A stretch of 56,317 bases of DNA, the filler included, from Platydemus manokwari (Eukaryota): NCBI GenBank assembly GCA_037951405.1. It is 6 parts of 6 records of this genome, joined end to end, with 100 filler letters (N's around TTAATTAATTAA, not from the genome) between each part and the next. Parts side by side here need not be neighbours in the genome. Positions count along the whole stretch, not along the records: positions 47,595 to 56,317 come from JBBMOY011359871.1; 5 more parts are not named here. One strand, written 5' to 3'. Of this stretch, positions 53,737 through 56,317 are shown in pieces. Below the pieces are notes generated by a model, which saw nothing but the letters and a program-made list of their open reading frames with translations, searched no databases and was not told the origin of the DNA. The position numbers were made by a program, and so were the translations under genes. The stretch's first letter is position 1, and the number at the start of each line of letters is the position of its first letter.

Positions 53737-56190
53737 CAAAATTACAACAAATAATTTTAATAATCATTTTAAATAAATTTTTTTCCTTAATTCGTTAAAT
53801 CCTTGAGACAAAAAGATATTTTTTATGTTGAAATTCTTAAATTAAATTTCAAAGCTTATTTAATGAAATAGCAGCTAATTTAATAGCTTAGAATAATTTG
53901 TTAATAGCTATGTTAATTTATTAAATATAATGATAATTAATCGATATTAAGTAATATTTCTGAGATAAAATCTTTTTTACAGTTTACACCTGCTTATAGT
54001 TATCCCCAGTAATCACTCATTCTCATTTATTCTGTTTCAATAATACCTTCATCAATTGCGAGTACGCGTCACATGGAAAAATAATTCGTAATAATTGCCC
54101 CCAACGATTACTGTCGATTTGATAAATTGCATCCATTATTAATATTGGTATGAAAAAATAAATTATTGATGAATAGTAATCCATCGATAATTCTTCCACC
54201 GAATTATATCACACCGAAAGATATTTATTATTTTATTTGCGTTCTTATTATCATTAATAACCTAATTTCCCCAAATAACATCGGGTGCTAAAACAATTTT
54301 GCTGTCATTTCTTCGTAATTTTCCATCAATTTATTAAAACAAAAATATTAAAATTCTAAATTATTTATTTATTATAATTATAATTATAATTCAGTTTTTG
54401 TGGTATTTTTGACTCGAAATGGAAATTCATTTTTCGTCTGCGTAGTTGATTATCTAGATATCGGTTTTTACGATAAATCTTTATCGATCTTAATCTTTTC
54501 TTTCATTTTTATTTCTTATGTGGAATGGATTTTGATTAAAATCCTTCGACTTTTTTTTACAATTTTCTACAGTTTAAATTGAGTTGAAATTCCATTAATA
54601 TTCTCTCGAGCAAGCTATCATTCCGGGAACCTGTCTCAGTTAACTTCAAGGTCATCATTAGATCTTACTTTCCTATTCCATCACTCAGAATACATTCAAC
54701 GAGAACAACAATATCAATCGAACTCCCATAAATCAATCAGTGGAATTCGATTTAGTCAGTTTTCAGTCAGTAAACAATATTTCCCACCTTTCACATCCCC
54801 TAAACACAGTAAGCAAATATGTCGGAAAGGAAATTATCGAAGCATATTTCTCATAATGCTTAACCAATACAAAAGTTCGAAATTGGTGAAGACAGCTTGT
54901 ACATTTACGATGTACGCTAATGGGGAAAGAAATATTCTTCAACATAAATTGGAGAATTGAATGAAATCGATAAATTATAGAAATGAATCAATACAATTTC
55001 TAAATGAGTAAAAGTCGATATTGTTTTGTAGGAAAATGTCTACGAAATTAGTATATGCCTTAATTGTTGAATCAAATCACTCGGAAAATTTGGTGAATTA
55101 TTTTCCGTGATTTATTAATTAGTGATAAAATGTTTTCATTATTATAATTATTAGTAATTTTTATTAATATTTCTTCTGATATTAATAACTTAATATTTCT
55201 TGACAATAGATTATTGAACATGAAAAATAATAATTAATCACAAAATCCAAAATAATTTTCTCTGTCATTCGATCGTTATACTATATGAACACTCGACTAA
55301 TAAACCTGTTAACGGTATATATTTCATTTAGATGTTCCATAAGATAAGAATGCAAATCAATATATTTTTATGTACCAATATTTAAGCTAATTCAAGAATT
55401 ATATTTAGTATTCTCGAACAAATTTAAATAATTACAGAATCGATCAGAATAATTTTAAATATATTATAGATTTAAAATTCGATAAAAGTAAATATGAATG
55501 TTTGAGTTTTATGATTAATTAGAATTTTTATAAGTTTTTTTTTAAAATGAATATTTTAACAACCCCCACAAGAGCAGTAGAGTTAAATTTTCAAAAATAT
55601 TAGCTAAATTCTCAATGCTGAATATTGATTATTATTTTAATTGATCGGATTATTTCAGTTTCTTGATATTAATGTAGTACCAGGAAGATTAAAGTAGAAG
55701 ATGGATTAGTGCCATCTTATCTGATTTTATTATAATGAGCGATGATATTTTAATTTTACACTTGTTGCCCTTCAATATTTATAAGAATGAATTTTAATAG
55801 GCAGTAATGAACAACAATCATTATCGCAATCAACCATTTTCGTCAAACGTGTTCAGCGACGCACGGTCTGTGTGAGTTTTTATTTCCAGAATAATTGATT
55901 GTAAACGATTCGATATATTTTTTGTTATTGAATATGATCACGTCTTGATATTTGACCTTATTCAGTCTTTTCCCATCATTTCGAAGCTATGGACCAAGGA
56001 AATTGAATGTGATACATCGTGGTGAAATCAACCAGTCATGCAGCATCATTTTATCATTGAAAATTAAAGACAATCAGATTTGATAAATACACCATTCTAC
56101 TATTTGTATTTTCTAGAATCGAAATTTACATTTCTCTAAAACTGTCTACAAATTTAGAGAATAAATATTATTAATACCAATATTAAAGTG

Positions 56191-56245
<55 letters not shown>

Positions 56246-56295
56246 TAATGATAACAATGATAATAATAATAAGAATAATAACATTAATAATAATA
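56191..56295. repeat. (AAT)n microsatellite
   Basis: Directly visible. Confidence 0.9.
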
Positions 56296-56317
56296 AAACA
56301 CAAATGACATTAATAAT

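Overview
AT-rich eukaryotic (animal) genomic DNA with short (mostly about 40-55 nt) GT-AG introns and (AAT)n microsatellites. These features are compatible with a planarian/flatworm genome, which is an inference only. The window is not one continuous locus: five identical 100-nt spacers (N44-TTAATTAATTAA-N44) join six pieces of roughly 9-10 kb, so neighbourhood across spacers is unreliable. Spliced genes reconstructed by hand: a GPI-type Ly6/uPAR three-finger protein, a complete 9-exon ORC2, a complete 4-exon sigma-like glutathione S-transferase, the 3' three exons of WRAP53/TCAB1, and a probable Numb-like terminal exon. The rest is rich in transposon debris: five copies of a ~600-bp MITE, hAT and pogo/Tc2-like non-autonomous elements, several mariner fragments, a decayed Ty3/Gypsy element and possible Helitron-like ends. 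The most striking unexplained signal is a pair of tandem, sequence-divergent but structurally covarying type III hammerhead ribozymes at 43371-43553. Their predicted cleavage sites are 125 nt apart.
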